From the NCBI RefSeq assembly GCF_006345805.1, contig NW_021835070.1, positions 1-42,617 of the forward strand: a stretch of 42,617 nt of DNA, written 5' to 3'. A program made the position numbers and the translations under genes. Positions 1 through 12,457 of the stretch are shown piece after piece (position 1 is the stretch's first letter; each line of letters starts with the position of its first letter). The notes below the pieces were generated by a model. That model was given only the letters and a program-made list of their open reading frames with translations. It searched no databases and was not told the origin of the DNA. This DNA comes from Octopus sinensis (Eukaryota).

Positions 1-68
1 TTATATCTCACACAAAATATCTTAAATAACAAAATTATACTAAATTAAATTTATTGTCATCTAAATAG

Positions 69-69
<1 letters not shown>

Positions 70-111
<42 letters not shown>

Positions 112-120
112 TAATAATAA
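70..120. repeat. (TAA)n microsatellite
   Basis: Direct TAA run; a second run at about 712-732 brackets the LINE fragment. Confidence 0.95.
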
Positions 121-124
121 CGAT

Positions 125-712
125 GCTCATAGACACGACAGAGTTGGGACCTACATACCCTGGAAGCTATGCCAACACTATGGAATAACAACAGAAAAAA
201 GATGGTATAGGCACACACCAGAAAAGGTCACAGAAAACGAGAAAGCAACTACACTCTGGGATATGCCAATACACACAGATAGAGAAATTAAGGCCAGTAG
301 ATCAGATATAGTTGTCAGAGATCATGAAGAAAAAATGCTTTCTAACTGATGTATCAATACCAGCAGATGACAACGTTTCTCTAACAGAAATGGAAAAGTT
401 TCAAAATACAGAGACCAAGAAATAGAGGTAACTCGAATGTGGAATCTAAAAACAGAAACAATTCCTATCTTACTAGGTGCATTAGGCATGATAAAAGAAT
501 ATTCAGACAAATGCATAACAAAAACACCAGGACTTAAAAATATATATAACATACAGAGAATAGCACTACTGGGCACTCCACACATCCTATGCAAAAAAAC
601 TTTCAATACAGTAACCATAAGAGCATCACAGCAAACCACAGCACATACCCAAGGCACACAAGATCTGCGCTCGGTAGTGAAGTGAAAGCATGCTATAAAA
701 ATAAAACTACTG
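125..712 (+). mobile_element. 5'-truncated, degenerate non-LTR retrotransposon with restriction-like endonuclease domain (Dong/R4-like)
   Basis: Manual translation from 128 gives HRHDRVGTYIPWKLCQHYG...LWDMPIHTDREIKASRSDIVVRD, then after frameshifts DVSIP...KY...MWNLKTETIPILLGALG, matching the RHD / (P)D / KY motifs of RLE LINEs. It is flanked by (TAA)n on both sides, the known target of Dong elements. Confidence 0.7.
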
Positions 713-732
713 AATAATAATAATAATAATAA

Positions 733-989
733 TTTATAGGATTGAGGTAACTCCTCCAGTAGGTATACAGAAGCAAAAATAAGAAGAGCGCTATTGTTAT
801 CAAGTGAACAATATTTCGGCATCTAGTGTGACTTCCACAAGTTCAAAAAATAAACTTTGCTTCTGTATACCTACAAAAGGAGTTACCGCAATCCTATAAA
901 ATATTACCAAAAATGAAGTAGATTGACAGTTTATCTTTTGAACCTGTGGAAGGTACACTAGATGCTGAAATATCGTTCACTTAATAATA
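733..989. repeat. Two interleaved inverted repeat pairs (A-B-A'-B')
   Basis: 733-777 is the reverse complement of 856-900 (41/45 matches); 795-856 is the reverse complement of 928-989 (54/62 matches). Confidence 0.85.
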
Positions 990-993
990 TAAT

Positions 994-1208
994 CCTTTCT
1001 ACTATAGGCACAAGGTGTAAAATTTGGAGAAGGGGAATAGTTAATTACGTCGACCCCCAGTGTTTCACTGGTACATATTTTAGCGATCGCCGAAGGGATG
1101 AAGGCAAAGTTGACCTCGGTGGAATCTGAACTCAGAACATAAAGACAAATGAAATACTGCTAAGCATTTAGTCCGGTGTGATAATGATTCTGCCAGCTCA
1201 CCATCTTA
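994..1208 (-). mobile_element. tRNA-derived SINE (family recurring about nine times in the window)
   Basis: Shared core ggcacaagg...gaccccagtg...ctggtac...ggatgaa(a)ggcaaagt.gacctcgg.ggaat.tgaactc; the reverse complement contains a B-box-like gagttca. Confidence 0.7.
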
Positions 1209-1559
1209 ATAATAATAATAACAAAACATTCTTGGTTTATTATATACTAAAAAAGACATAAACACTTAACAGAGTATATCTGTATCTATCTATCTATCTA
1301 TCTATCTATAGGGATATTAGTGATCTGTTAGAGTTCATTGAAGGTAGAGAAAGATTAAGACTTAATCAGTGAATTATTACAACAAAATAGATATAAAATA
1401 TATTGACATACATTATTATCATCCAGTCTTTTTGGCTATCAATCTCATGATGTCTGTCAGTGAAATAAATATATATACACATAGTTTGAACAATATAATA
1501 TAAATATTATATATAAAACATATTTTAGCAATATATATAGTTTAAAATATCTTGTATAA

Positions 1560-2222
1560 TGTTTCATGTTTGATTCTGACACTAAAAGATGTAATGCAGT
1601 TTGAAGTAATTGTATTACAATGACAACTGCAGTTGTGTTGTTAATGGTGGAAGTGATGGCTAGATCTCTCGATCCTCCAGTGTCCCAGTCCCTGTGTATA
1701 TACAACATGGCAGACATTTTAGATATTATCCTTACCCTGTCTTTCATTAGAAACACAAATAATATAAATGTTATAATGAATATGAAAAGATAATAAAGAG
1801 AAAGAGAGAGAGGGAGACTTACCTGCATTGTTTAATCCTTCACTGTAGTTGTGTGTGATGGATGATGTGTATCCTGCTGTAGTGTTCCACTCCAACTGCT
1901 GCTGCTGTAGTGGTATTATAGTGGTACTGCTGCTGTTGTAGTAGTGTTCCTGTGTTACTGCTCCTGCTGCTGCTGTTCCTGTGTAACTGCTGATATAATA
2001 GTGTGTGACAGTTGCTGTATGTAGTGGGAGGTGATGTTAGCCAGATGCTGGTGTGTGCTAGTTACAACTCTATGTCCTCCACACACACACACACCACAAT
2101 TGTGTGTATGATGAACAAAGAAAAAAGCTATCAGCCTCACTTTCAATATTGAAAGAAATAGAGAAAATCTCTCTCATCCAATAGGAAATTACTGCAATGA
2201 TGTCTGTGTCACACAAACACAT
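1560..2222 (-). promoter_or_regulatory. Conserved promoter / leader exon / proximal intron cassette, copy A (for a Pcdh gene left of the window)
   Basis: CCAAT at 2178-2182, 16-bp palindrome at 2140-2155, CAG-repeat leader with no ATG until its last 6 nt, donor ATGCAG|GTAAGT (exon ends 1823). Near-identical to four other copies. Confidence 0.7.
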
Positions 2223-3123
2223 CGAACAAGAGAATTCATGTTAAACAGAAGCAACTTCATTTTTTCTATTTAATAAAAACACTAAGTTTACATATTTGAT
2301 GTTATAAGATTTATAATAATATTTCTTGATATTTAATGGGTTATTATTAACTTCACTATGAGAATACATTTTCAGGATTTCTATCAGAAAGAAATTGATT
2401 TTAGATGAAGTCTTCAAAGATTTCATTATTTAAGGAGTTTACAAGACTAGATAAACTGTAAACTAAGTAAATTCGGAGAAACAAAAAGTATTTTTGAGTT
2501 AAAAATTTAAAAAACACGATTTTCTGACACTTACTTTACTTTATACATAATAAAATATGAAACTTTTAGAATTTCTAAGAAAACTTCAAAAATGAATTGA
2601 CAGCTTTAGTATGTTACCAATATAGGTAACAGTACATTATTGGATGTTATGGGAGCTAACAATTACCTATACTTATATTAACTAGTAATTACCTATATTT
2701 ATATTCATTAGTAATTAGTAAAATTCAATATACACTAAATATAAAAGAAGAGGGAAACCAAAGTGGAATATTTTAAATGAAAGCAAACAATTTATGGTAG
2801 AATTGATATCAAACCAAAAGACACAACAACTAAACATTCTAGGATGACTCAAACAAATTTACCTATGTTTAGTGAAATGTCTATACTAAGACTGAGAGGA
2901 AAATTACTATTTTATAATAGTGGATTATAGTAAGTAGGGTAGGGACTTTGTGATAGGTAATGAATCAGAGATGTAAATTAGCAGTAATAATGGATGCCAC
3001 AGGTAGGCTCTTTAAGTGTGACGTGTGAAAGAAACATAGAGTTGATATTTTTACATGAATATAAAGTATTGTATAAGATTTGGTATGTGAGAGAATCATT
3101 TAACAATAGTCATGGAACATCTA

Positions 3124-6100
3124 CTATGTTGGCTGTAGATAGGTATCTTGTATTTGTTGTCCCTTTAGTATTGTGGCTGCAACTGGATTGTCATTGGTAT
3201 ATTCTGCAAAATATCAAATATACAAACACAAATTACATTTCAATATAACAACTCCAATATATAAAGATACAAACATTGATCTTATATTACACTAAGCATA
3301 ACATTATATATTGTCCTACAGTAATAAAGGCAATTACATTTATATGTTATGTTTTGATAAAAGTTACCTGGTTCTGCAGGTATCTCATCATATGGTTTAG
3401 TCTTGCCATTACTCTTGCTAGCTTCTCTGTCCTTTTGGGATGTTAAGGTGTCACTGTTGTAAGACATGATGGAACTGGTGCGACGTCCTTGACTATGGAT
3501 TGAATCACATCTCTGTTGATTAGAAAAAAAAGCAGAAGAAACATTCACATTTCATTTCTAGAATGTTCGTGGTAAGACTAAGAAAGGAATACTTTTATGG
3601 AGTTGAAATGCTATAATTAAATTTTTTAACTAATAAAAATAAACTGGAATTCACAATTAAATAAAATGAAAATATTGTTCAATGAAATACTTATATGCAA
3701 ATTTTAAATGGGTATTACTAGTAAAAAGTAAAATTATGAAACATCTTTCATCTTTTACGGAAAAAATATAAGAAAGGGATATGACATGTAAAAAAAACAA
3801 GATGTATAGCATACGTTTTCAGGAATATTGTGAAGAAATGTGATGCAACAACTGGATTGTTTCAAAATATATTTACCTGAGGCACAGGTGGAAGTCTCCT
3901 TTGTGTTGTTGAGAATTTCCACTCATCTGGTGTCTGTTCCATCTCCAGAAAAAACTGACTTTTAGATTTTATTGTCTGAAGATTTCGGTTAAATATCTCT
4001 TCTGCATTTCTCGTTATTGCAACAGGATTGTTAGTCTGATACAGTAATTGTCTCATCTCAGTCTGAGAGAGAAAGTTGGGATTCTCTGCTGTTGTGGGTG
4101 AGTTATTTGTGTGATTAATACATCTGAAAACACACAGTGTTATGGACACTACAATAGCCACAGATAGTATTACAGCTGCTGCTACAATGATAATTACCCA
4201 AGTCATATTCAGGTCGTGACCAGACTGGAATGGCACAGCAGTCAACATTGGAGATGTATCATTACTAACAAACAGTGTTAGTATGATAGCAGTTGTTGCT
4301 GATTGAACTGGAGTACCACCGTCTTTCACTATAAACTGCAGCTCATATGTTCCTGCATCATTTTGGTAAACTGTGCGAGAGAAAGATAACACACCAGTGT
4401 GTGAGTTCACTGTAAACAGGTTTTATCATTGGATCTCAGTATTCCATATGTGAGGAAAGCATTGTTTCCAGTGTCTTTGTCAGATGCTCTCAGAATTGTG
4501 ATGTCCTTCTTACTGTGTGGATGGTAGTGGACATCGAGATTGTAAGGGTCATTATTAGGAAACGTAAAATACGGAGCATTATCATTTTTATCTAGAATCT
4601 CAATAACAATATTGCAGTGTCACTGAGAGAAGGTGTTCCATTATCTTTCACTAAAACCTTGAACTTATAGATGTCTTTCATTTCTCGATCTATTGGTTGT
4701 GATGTAGAAATAAATCCATATTTTGTCAGTTGGAAAGGAATGTTATCATTGTTGTTATCATTGATGATAGAATATGTAAGTTGGCCTCCATCTTCAAGAT
4801 CTGGGTCTGTAGCATTGATGAAGCCAATAGGGAAGTCAACTTTCTGGTTTTCATAGGTGAGGAATTGGAATGTTTCTTTGGTAAAATGTGGTTCTACATC
4901 ATTGACATCAGTTACTTTGACAGAGAAATATTTTTTACTTTCTAGTTGAGGTGACCCCATGTCATGACACACAATAGATGCTTTATAGTGGTCCCTTATC
5001 TCTCTGTCAAGGTGGCCCTTAACAATCATTTTATATTCTTTAGAATCTATTTTGGCAAGTTTAAATTTATCATGTTTTAAATCACAGATAACCTCACCAT
5101 TAGGTCCACTATCAGTGTCAGTGACCATAACATAAGCTATAAAACTATCTACTTCACTGTCTTCTGAAACTGCAGCTGAGCTCTCTGATAAAGGAGATAC
5201 AAAATCTATATTTATCAATGGAGCATTATTCTGGTTATTAACTATATGAATCTGAACTGCTGCAACAGATTTTTTTGGTGGTTTTCCTCCATCCCTTGCT
5301 TCAATAAATAACTTATAATACTGCATTTTACTAAAATGAAAGCTGTCATGTAAAAATAAATCTCCAGTTTTCTTATCTAATACAAAATATTTCTGGATAT
5401 TTCGAGATGTTTTATGGTTGAAATGATACGAAATCCTTCCATTGTCTCCAGAATCTTTATCTGTGGCCTTTAAAGTAAAAATTGGTAAATGTCTTTGATG
5501 TGAATTACTTACAGATGTGTTGTACAGGTCGTGTGAAAATACAGGTGTGTTATCATTGACATCAGTTACAGATATGTGTACCTTGAGTGTAGCTGTTTTG
5601 GGAGGATTCCCTCCATCTTTAGCTTCAAGGTTAACATGTATGAGTCTTTTACTTCCCTGTCTAACTTATCTTCAAGAATTATTTCAGGTGTGAAAATACC
5701 TTTGTGTTTTGTGACAGAGAGTGAAAATGGTTCTCTTTTACTTTTCTTGATCATATATGTAATTTGGGAATTTTTTATTGAAATATCTTCATCAATGGCA
5801 TTTAAAAGTGGGATTTTAGTACCTTTAAAATCTCTCTCTAAAAACTTTATTGTGATTTCATTCTGTGGAAATTCTGGAGAATGGTCATTGATGTCATCTA
5901 TTAATATTTTAATTTTTAGAATCTTCATAAATGTTTTTCCTTTTCTCACTGCTACTTTAACTATTCTGGAACATTCTTTGTTGTATGTACACAGGGACTC
6001 TGCATCCAGTGTCTGAGTTGTGTATAGTTTTCCTGAGTTGGTGACATTAAATAAGTGAGAACCACTCTCGACTGTCCTTTGTAGTTGTGTAAATGTAATG

Positions 6101-6270
6101 AGAGTGTGTTGTTGATGTGTGAGAGGGTGTGATAAGTTAGAGTCAACAGCAATGTCTCCTATATAGGTGTGAGGTCTGTCTTCTTCCTTGACATGGTATG
6201 TAATATCTATGGACAGTACAAGGGTGATCAGTAAATGTAGAAGACACAGTAGACCAATATATGCTGTCAT
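3124..6270 (-). CDS. Pcdh: Protocadherin gene 1 (6 EC + TM + cytoplasmic tail), three 1-bp deletions as assembled
   Basis: Coding exons 6270-3877, 3512-3368 and 3203-3124 with GT-AG sites in consistent phase. Cadherin motifs LDRE and DxNDN, EC1 Cys loop. Single-base losses relative to paralogs at about 5629, 4614 and 4421-4424. Confidence 0.9.
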
Positions 6271-6424
6271 GTCTGGAATTCTTCATCACATTTCAGCAGG
6301 AGAAATTGCTACAAAACATGAGAAATACATTTAAAGTTTATTTATAATTCAACAAATCTAATTATATTTACAATAATCACTGTGACACATCTATTTCTAT
6401 CTGGAAACGTGTTCCATTTGTCAA

Positions 6425-8015
6425 AATTGAACGTGGAGCAAAAAAAGGTACTTTTTACACAGTTTTTTTAAATATGTTTCCAAAAATATATTTTTCATTG
6501 CAAAATCCTTTATAAACAACTGTGTTAAAATCTGAAGTTCTTAAATATACATCTTCAGGCTCCACAGCCCACGTGAAATTTTGAATAATGAGCAAAAAAT
6601 CAATTTATAACACATTTGCATTCCTCATTTTATTTTTTATATTCATTGTTACAAATTGATTTTCTTTCGCGAAATTATTTAAAAACAAGAGTGTTAAAAT
6701 CTCAAGGTCTACAATTTATATCTTCAGGGTCCACCACACACTTGAAATTTCGAAATTATGTGAAAGAAATAGACTTTGTGACTTTGTTTCCTTTATTATT
6801 TTTAATACTAGGTCACTGAATATATGTGTTACATGAGGTCTAGATCACACACACATTAAAATAAAATTACATATAAACCAATTTTTGATTCTTGACACAT
6901 TTTGGTGATAAAAATATTTCCAATAAAAAATGTCAAATAAATCTTTTGTTGCATTTTTCTTAAACACATTACACTGTTTGAAATGATGGAACATTTTTTC
7001 TATTTCTCCCAGATTTAGTAATGCTTGATACTTTAGATAAAAGTTCAAGATTTTTAGTTTAACTGACTCAATTGTAACACAAGGGATGGATGCCTTTTGC
7101 CAAAGAAGTATTATCTTTTCTGCCTCAATCTCGAAAATTTGTTTAAATGAAGGATCTTTCTTAACTATATTCTTTTCTTTATCTTGTTCAAATAAAACAC
7201 ATTTTAGTATGTCCCACCTAGTTGGCAAAACTCACTTGCTAAGATCATATGGAGTACCAAATATTGGGCATTCAATATCATGGTGCGTTATTGGCTTACG
7301 AGTCATCACTAAATGTAAACAACACTAAATTTAACGTGATCGTTAATTTTAATACAATGGCCTAAAGTCAAGGTACAAAGCAGAAAACTTCACACGTACC
7401 ATGTACATCCACACACAATGACTGCTGCAGTGGCACTGGAGAGAAGTTCACACTCCCGTTCTCTATATAGTCAGTGCGAACCTCAAGATATTAATCAATT
7501 GTATTGAAACTTGGTATGCAACCTCTTAAGGATACTATATTTACTGTTTTGCATTTTGCTATGTAGAAATATATATACATTACGACTTATAATCGATGAA
7601 ATCCAAAATTTGACCAAAAATAGCGATTTTTAAATTTTTCAATTGTGTTGCGGAGCCTGAAAAGCATATTTAATCGCAATGTTCTTTATACACTTTTCTT
7701 TTTAACCTAATTCACAACAAAATATCTATTTCTTTATTACGCATAAGGGGCTAAACACAGAGGGGACAGACAAGGACAGACATAGGTATTAAGTCGATTA
7801 CATCAATCCCAGTGCATAACTGGTACTTAATTTATCGACCCCGAAAGGATGAAAGGCAAAGTCGACTTCGGCGGAATTTGAACTCACAACGTAACGACAG
7901 ACGAAATACGGCTACGCATTTCGCCCGGCATGCTAACGTTTCTGCCACCTCACTGCAACAAAATATCGATTCTTGGTTACCAATTTCGAAAGTTGCACTT
8001 TTCGCTCCACCCTAC
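6425..8015 (-). mobile_element. Probable decayed DNA transposon, superfamily not assigned
   Basis: ORF remnant 6845-7228 (PT.WD.L...LWQKASIP) resembles N-terminal regions I associate with invertebrate transposon-derived proteins. Imperfect inverted ends (gtggagcaaaaa at about 6432; ttttcgctccac at about 7999-8010) and internal repeats at about 6555 and 6725, inverted at about 7650. Confidence 0.4.
7728..7952 (-). mobile_element. tRNA-derived SINE, relatively intact copy nested in the transposon relic
   Basis: Same core as 994-1208 with CpGs retained: atcgaccccgaaaggatgaaaggcaaagtcgacttcggcggaatttgaactc. Confidence 0.75.
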
Positions 8016-8611
8016 TGAATAGTCTTCCGTGATCTAACAATACATAACGAGAGTTATCTCCCTCGAATAAACCTCACTCATTTATCTTAATTATTGTGTT
8101 GTTTATCTAGTCTCAATGTTTTACGTTGTCTCTCAGAAAATTCTGTTGTTGGATTAAACGTTAGCAATCATGTTTTAGGTTTAATGTTCATAATTTATCA
8201 ATAGATTAATGTATTTCTTCAAAAATATATCTATACTGAAATAATAAAACACTATATTAAAAATGAGTATCAAAGTGAGATATGACATGTCTGGAGCTCA
8301 ATTTAAATTGCTTGTCCCAACCCTCTGACCGATTACAGAAACTATTTGATAAAAATATCTACCGTCACAATCCTAACGATACAGTTACTTTTTCCTGTTC
8401 CGAGAACAATTTTGGAATGAATGTTTCTGCATTTCATTTTAATGTGGAAACAGGATGGTGGAGAGTAAAGAATCGAGGGAACTGTCTAATCCAATATGTA
8501 CATATGATGATAAAGATGAGGAGATAGAAAATATAAATTCTCAACCCAAATGTCACCATGTTTGAACAGTTATAAGGATTGCTACATGCTGGAATATAAC
8601 ATTTACTCTCT

Positions 8612-9160
8612 GTCATCATCATCGTCGTTTAACGTCTGCTTTCCATGCTAGCATGGGTTGGACGGTTTGACTGGGGTCTGGGAAGCCAGGAGACTGCACC
8701 AGGCTCCAGTCTGATCTGGCAGTGTTTCTACAGCTGGGTGCCCTTCCTAACGCCAACCACTCCAAGAGTGCAGTGGGTACTTTTTTACGAGTCACTGGCA
8801 CAGGGGTCACAGGGGGCTGACATTGACTGAGATTGGATGGTGCTTTTTACGTGACACCGGCATGGAAGCGAGTCAAGGTGACATATCATCTTTGTCGTTT
8901 AACGTTCGCTTTCCATGCTGGCATGGGTTGGACAGTTTGACTGAGGTCTGGAGAGCCAGAAGGCTGCACCAGGCTCCAATCTGATCTGGCAAAGTTTCTA
9001 CAACTGGATGCCCTTCCTAACGCCAACCACTCCGAGTGTAGTGGGTGATTTTACATGCCACTGGCATGAAAGCCAGTCAGGCAGTTCTGGCAATGACCAT
9101 GCTCAAAAGGTGTTTTTATGTGCTACCTGCACAGGAGCCAGTCTGGCGGCACTGGCAATG
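8612..9160 (-). mobile_element. Two tandem RTE-LINE 3'-end fragments
   Basis: gtcgtttaacgt...ctttccatgct.gcatgggttggac.gtttga at about 8625 and about 8895 matches the 3' end of the LINE at about 36362; (CAT)n tail. Confidence 0.7.
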
Positions 9161-9388
9161 AAATATACAGCTTAATTGAAGAAAGAGAACAAAAAACGTA
9201 GTGACAATTGTGATTGACTTAGAAACAAGAGAGATCTTTTCATCAAATGAAGAAATAATCTCACAATATTTACATGCTAAAGGAAATAAATGTATAATAT
9301 TTGTTTGCAGTAAGGGACTATTTTATATAAAGTAAAAGAATTATGAATATTTTTTTTACCACAATTATTTACATAATTACAACACGAG

Positions 9389-9469
9389 CTCCGTCCAAAC
9401 CGTGCTGTCCGTCCAACCCGTGCTAGCACGGAAAACGGACGTTAAACGATGATGATGATGATGATGATG
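9389..9469 (+). mobile_element. RTE-LINE extreme 3' end with (GAT)n tail
   Basis: ccaacccgtgctagcacggaaaacggacgttaaacgatgatgatg is the reverse complement of the terminus above. Confidence 0.7.
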
Positions 9470-10653
9470 AGATCAGAGAAATAACTGCAATGTGACAATG
9501 GCATCAGTGATAAATAATGGTGTGATGTACTGGATGCTGTATACAAAATAACTCTTTAAATAATTGAAAAGTGGCTCTGAACGAAAAAACACCCTAATGA
9601 CAATTTATGCTATTTCCAGAGATTTGTGAAAGCTGAAAAATAGGTGTCAGCTGAGCCTAAAACTGAATCAACAACACTAGACAGAGTTGACAATCATCAA
9701 AGTCCTTTCCTTTGGACAATAATATTTGCTTCATGTCAATGTGCCATTCTGTTACCAGTAGGTGAAAGGATATGTTTAGCAATGAGAATTACATTGATAG
9801 GAGAAGGCAGAAAAGCTCTGTGAATTATCCACTAAATCAATAAAAAACTACATAGTCTTTTCATTGCTTTACATACAAATATGTATTTTTCAGAAAATAT
9901 AACAAGACAATCTCTAGTTGACTTCTCTTACTCTCAACCTCTTTTGTAAAAGCAGCTTAGGATTAGAATATTTATTCTAATCCTAAGAAATGCATTTAAG
10001 AAGTACTAAAAATTATTAACAGAATATTATTGGTACGAAATCTCACACAGATGGATTAAAAGATGTTGATAAATTTGAAAGAAGATATTTAGTAGCCATA
10101 TTTGTCCAATATCTTTAAGGAATACTTCATATTTAATTTGAATGAAATATTTAATTTATAGAAAAAATAATTATGAGAATTTGGTACAAAGGTGTTAATG
10201 ACATACACAAAACAGTGTGTAAAATTTTGTGTAATAATTCACAATACATTTTATTCATAAGTAGATGGGGATTATTGAATATTTCGCTGGAAGTTAATAA
10301 TGAAAACAAAAAATTGATAAGTATCAGACAGAGATATTTAGAACTATTTATTAAGTGAAGTATAATGATGATAATTAAACCTCCATTTATATGTTTCGTA
10401 TTATACTGCTAAATATAATAAATTTCTGTGATGTTTTGGTATATTATAATAACAACTACATTAATGTGATGTATGATAGTTTGTTGAAAGACGATGATAT
10501 TATTTCTGATTCTCAAAATTCATCAATTGTTGTCAGAGTTAATAGATTTTAACAACAGTTGACAATATCGTCAGTTTCTAACTCACAATAAATACCTTAA
10601 ATAACAAATCTACATTAAATAATATTTATCAACATCTTAATTATAAAATATAA

Positions 10654-10840
10654 ACCTTTCTACCATAAGCACAAAGCCTGAAATTTTGGATGGGTAAGGG
10701 TTAATTGATTACATCAACCCCACTGCTTATCTGGTACTTATTTCATCCTGGTAGTCTTTGAAATCAGAAGGTAAAGACAAATAAAATGCCATAAAGCATT
10801 TTCTGTTGTCTGCCAATAATTCTGCAAACTTGCCACCTTG
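10654..10840 (-). mobile_element. Degenerate tRNA-derived SINE
   Basis: gcacaaagcctgaaattttgg...gattacatcaacccc...ctggtacttattt similarity to the family core. Confidence 0.55.
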
Positions 10841-11124
10841 AAAATAATATCAGTAATAACAATAAACATCCTTAGTTTATTATTTACAATATATATATGT
10901 ATATCTATAAAATGGATATTAATAATCTATCACAGTACATTGAAAATTTAATTAGTGAGTTATTACAACAAAACAGATATAAACTATACTGACATACATT
11001 AGTCAACACCCAGTCTTACTGGTTAGTGATGTCTTCTGACAGTGAAATAAAATATATATATATACAACTAGTTTAGACTATATTAGACCAATATTCTTTA
11101 TAGCAATATATATGTTTTTTAATA

Positions 11125-11815
11125 TTTCTTGTATAATGTTGTCTTGTGTGATTCTGACATTAAAAGGTGTAATCCAGATTGAAGTAATTGCATTACAATG
11201 TCTACTGCAGTTGTGTTGTTAATGGTGGAAGTGATGGCTAGATCTCTCGATCCTCCACTGTCCCAGTCCCTGTATATATACAACATGGCAGACATTTTAG
11301 ATATTATCCTTACCCTGTCTTTCATTAGAAACACAAATAATATAAATGTTATAATGAATATGAAAAGATAATAAGAGAGAGAGAGAGAGAGAGAGAGACT
11401 TACCTGCATTGTTTAATCCTTCACTGTAGTTGTGTGTGATGGATGATGTGTATCCTGCTGTAGTGTTCCACTCCAACTACTGCTGCTGCTGCTGTAGTGG
11501 TATTATAGTGGTACTGCTGCTGTTGTAGTAGTGTTCCTGTGTTACTGCTGCTGCTGCTGCTGTTCCTGTGTAACTGCTGATATAATAGTGTGACAGTTGC
11601 TGTATGTAGTGGGAGGTGAGATGTTAGCCAGATGCTGGTGTGTGCTAGTTACAACTCTATGTCCTCCACACACACACACACACACACAATTGTGTGTATG
11701 ATGAACAAAGAAAAAAGCTATCAGCCTCACTTTCAATATTGAAAGAAATATAGAAAATCTCTCTCATCCAATAGGAAATTATTGCAATGTTGTCTGTGTC
11801 ACACAAACACATCAA
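11125..11815 (-). promoter_or_regulatory. Promoter / leader cassette copy B (gene 1)
   Basis: CCAAT at 11768-11772; donor after 11404; matching acceptor ttttgtag before 6308. Confidence 0.7.
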
Positions 11816-12457
11816 ATAACAGAAGCCACATGGAAGTAAAGCAGTTTGTAGTGCTAAGAATTTCGTTTGTGTTTAATATTAATAAGCAAAGAAACTTCAT
11901 ATTTTCCTTTTATCTTCAAGTTATAAACTATTTGATATTCTAGTCTAGAAATTAATCTTTATAATTATTTAAATTCAAAATTATATTTGACGCTAATATT
12001 GATTTTAAACTGCTATATAATGGTGGAAAATAATTAATTCTAACTTTTTATCTTTGAATATTTATGAATTTGTCTGATGCTTAACTTACAAATTCTATAA
12101 TACAATAAATATACGATTTCCTTAGTTGGTTTTGAAATATAATCATATATTTCAGGTAAATATTATGAAATGAGTTATGAACTACTTCATGTAAAATTAG
12201 GGTTTTTAGATGAATATGAGAAAAATAAAATCTATAACAGTTGAAACAAACTAAAGAAGTATGGAAATATAGTTTAAAATATTAACATTATTTAAGTATC
12301 AGACATGGAAATTATACACCATAAGGAAGATACTGTTGGCCGTTTATGTGTGCGATGTGTGAAAAAAACATAGAGTTGATATTTTTATAGGAATATAAAG
12401 TATTGTATAAGATTTGGTGTGAGAGAGAATCATTTAACAATAGTCATGGAACATCTA

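Noticed and set aside
322-822. 166-aa minus-strand ORF
   Set aside because: Antisense to the LINE endonuclease remnant and the TAA repeat.
1955-2146. PolyQ mini-ORFs (also 11542, 18804, 25329)
   Set aside because: They are translations of (TG)n and (CAG)n repeats with non-ATG starts and frames that differ between copies.
3890-3925. WIRS or delta-Pcdh CM motifs in the cytoplasmic tail
   Set aside because: WKFSTT lacks the Phe required after the Thr/Ser; no CM1/CM2-like GHSDxCW sequence was seen; the C-terminal LQPT is not a classical PDZ ligand.
4671-6152. Recurrent short antisense or alternate-frame ORFs inside the Pcdh exons
   Set aside because: Shadows of the cadherin coding sequence that recur only because the genes are near-identical.
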